A stretch of DNA of 64,000 nt from assembly GCF_964204645.1 (NCBI RefSeq), contig NC_134027.1, positions 17,694,560 to 17,758,559 of the forward strand, read 5' to 3'. Below, piece by piece: positions 61,999-64,000 of this stretch. How positions within the stretch are numbered: the first letter of the stretch is position 1; each line of letters begins with the position of its first letter. A program made the position numbers and the translations under genes. The DNA comes from Tubulanus polymorphus. Its lineage: Eukaryota > Animalia > Nemertea. Under the pieces are notes generated by a model. That model was not told where the DNA came from, searched no databases, and saw nothing but the letters and a program-made list of their open reading frames with translations.

Positions 61999-64000
61999 TA
62001 CCAGACAGCAAACGAAATTTGTGATTCGGCCAGCTTGACTCTACGATCGTGGGCAACAAACTGTCCAAAATTACGTGAAAACGCTGTATCCCACAATGTT
62101 GCCGATAAAAACACTAAGTCGAAAATTCTGGGACTATTGTGGAATACGGAAACTGATACGATCGGTTTCCCGCCAAAAAAGTGGACGAAATCGTAACCAA
62201 GCGTCAGGTCGTCAGTAAAGCTTCCAATCTGTATGATCCTCATGGGTTCTTAGCTCCTGTTCAAATAAGAGCTAAAATGTTTATCCAAGAACTTTGGAAA
62301 GACAACTATTCAAGGGACCAACCGATATCAGACGAATTGAGGAAGTAAGGATTTGCATAGTGAACGATCTCAATAAATCGGCTGAAATCAAAATTGCTAG
62401 GAAGTACGAACTTCAAACTGCGAATGAGACGGATTACGAAATCCATGCCTTTGCTGACGCCAGCAAATCAGCCTATGGAGCTGTTGGATATTTGCGTAAC
62501 CGTGGTAGCACATCTCTATTTATGGCAAAAACACGCGTTGCTCTGGTCAAAGAAATGACTATTCCACAGTTGGAATTATTAGCTGCAGTCGTCCCCGCAA
62601 GGCTAATTAAATACGTGCATGATAGCCCGGAAAAAATCATAAACGTGTCCAGATACATATTGTGGTCGGACAGTCAAATCGTGCTTTACTGGTTACACAG
62701 CAGTAAAAAATTACCGGTGCTTGTGGAAAACCGTGTCACAGCAGTTCGATGCTGCGGTGTTCACCATAGATACAAATCGAATTACTCAAACTAATGAACC
62801 TTGCGACTCAAGATTCGACTCAGAAACTAGGAATTGCTAGTGTATTGGATATAAATAAATATCCGTCATTGGCGAAACTGCTCAGGATTACTGTATTGGT
62901 ATTACGATTCATTGAACGGATTAAGTCAAAGAAAAACATTACCGCGAACAATGAGATAAAAGCTAGCGAAATTCGATATGCGGAAAATTATGGGTGAAAT
63001 CTGTTCAGTCTACCGCGTATTCTAATGAAATAACCGTACTCAGAGACAATAAACCGAAGTCTAAAGCTCCGTTAGTTAGACAACTGCGTCTATTTATCTG
63101 TGACGAAGGATTACTAAGAGTCGGAGGCCGGCAATGCTCCATTGAGTTATGATGCCCGATGCCCGATACCCTATACTGCTTCCGTCGAAAGGCAGATTAA
63201 TAGAACTTATCATTTTATCGGCGCATAGAAAAGATATATATGGGTACATATGGGTACGGAATCTACTGTAACTCATATTCGTCAGACATATTGAATTATA
63301 AACATTTGTCATACAGTCAAAACATTACTGCGGAAATGTTTCAATTGTCGTTTAATTAGTGGGCCAGCTCCTCATTGCAAGATGCTCCGCCCTTTACAAT
63401 CACAGGGCTAGATTTCACTGGACATACGTTCGTCAAAAGTGGTGCCATCGAGATCAAAGCTTATATCGTACTCTTTACATGTGCAAACACCCGCGCAGTG
63501 CACCTCGAGGTTGTAACCAATATGACATGTGCTACTTTCTTTCCTACTCGCCTTCAGACGTTTCGCCGCTAGAAGGGGATTGCCTCATAAACTTATTTCT
63601 GACAATGGTTCTACATTTCTTGCAGCCGCTAAGGATATAAAAGCGTTATTCAGAAATTCTATAGTCCGAGACTAATCAAAGAAATGTTGATTGGGTATTT
63701 ATCCCGAAACGCGCCCCTTGGTTCGGGGGATTCTGGGAAAGACTTGTTGGTGTCACAAAACTAGTACTCAACAAGGTACTGGTAGGGCGTTCATTAACTT
63801 ACAAGAATTGTGCTTTCTGATTACAGAAATTGAAATGGCGATAAATGATCGACCCATCACTTACGTTTCAAGTAACATTAATGACCTTGAACCACTCACA
63901 CCTTCCCACTTATTACACGGACGCGTACTCACACCACTCCCGCATATAGAGATAGACAATGATGAACTACTCGATCCGGACTTTAGTGTAAATACACCAT

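Larger units (their letters stand above)
58487..64000 (+). mobile_element. BEL/Pao LTR retrotransposon, degenerate, runs off the window
   Basis: Gag LPKLSIAKFDGNVLNWMEF...QKFQYL, Cys knuckles CAYC/CFNCLGSH, protease LFDEGAQRSFI, RT HYLPH...SLNDCL...ADIEKAF...YVDN, RNase [13 protein letters not shown]...TIPQLELLA, integrase GLDFTG...FTCANTRAVHLE...PWFGGFWERL. Many stops and frameshifts. Confidence 0.95.

Overview
Eukaryotic, AT-rich, intron-containing DNA, most consistent with a marine invertebrate. It is almost entirely a nested stack of transposable elements around one host exon. Left to right: a decayed RecQ-type helicase gene (AcademH-like); a decayed OB-fold gene; Polinton/Maverick remnants (packaging ATPase, penton fragment, small ORFs); a 10.4-kb Mutator/MULE element (TIRs, 9-bp TSD); a Penelope-like retroelement with a minimal hammerhead ribozyme; a DIRS tyrosine-recombinase retrotransposon that splits a Polinton gene; a Harbinger fragment; a P-element-type transposase with a RAG1-N-terminus/Chapa-like zinc module instead of THAP, interrupted by an apparently intact AcademX element; many MITEs and Helentron-like repeats; a Q/P/G/M-rich terminal host exon; a Gypsy gag fragment and a degenerate BEL/Pao element. 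The main finding is that the MULE gene can be spliced by hand through 17 phase-consistent GT-AG coding exons into one reading frame: USP-family (peptidase C19) deubiquitinase, C2H2 finger, two SIM-like motifs, MULE DDE transposase, SWIM. All family assignments come from motif recognition, not database searches.
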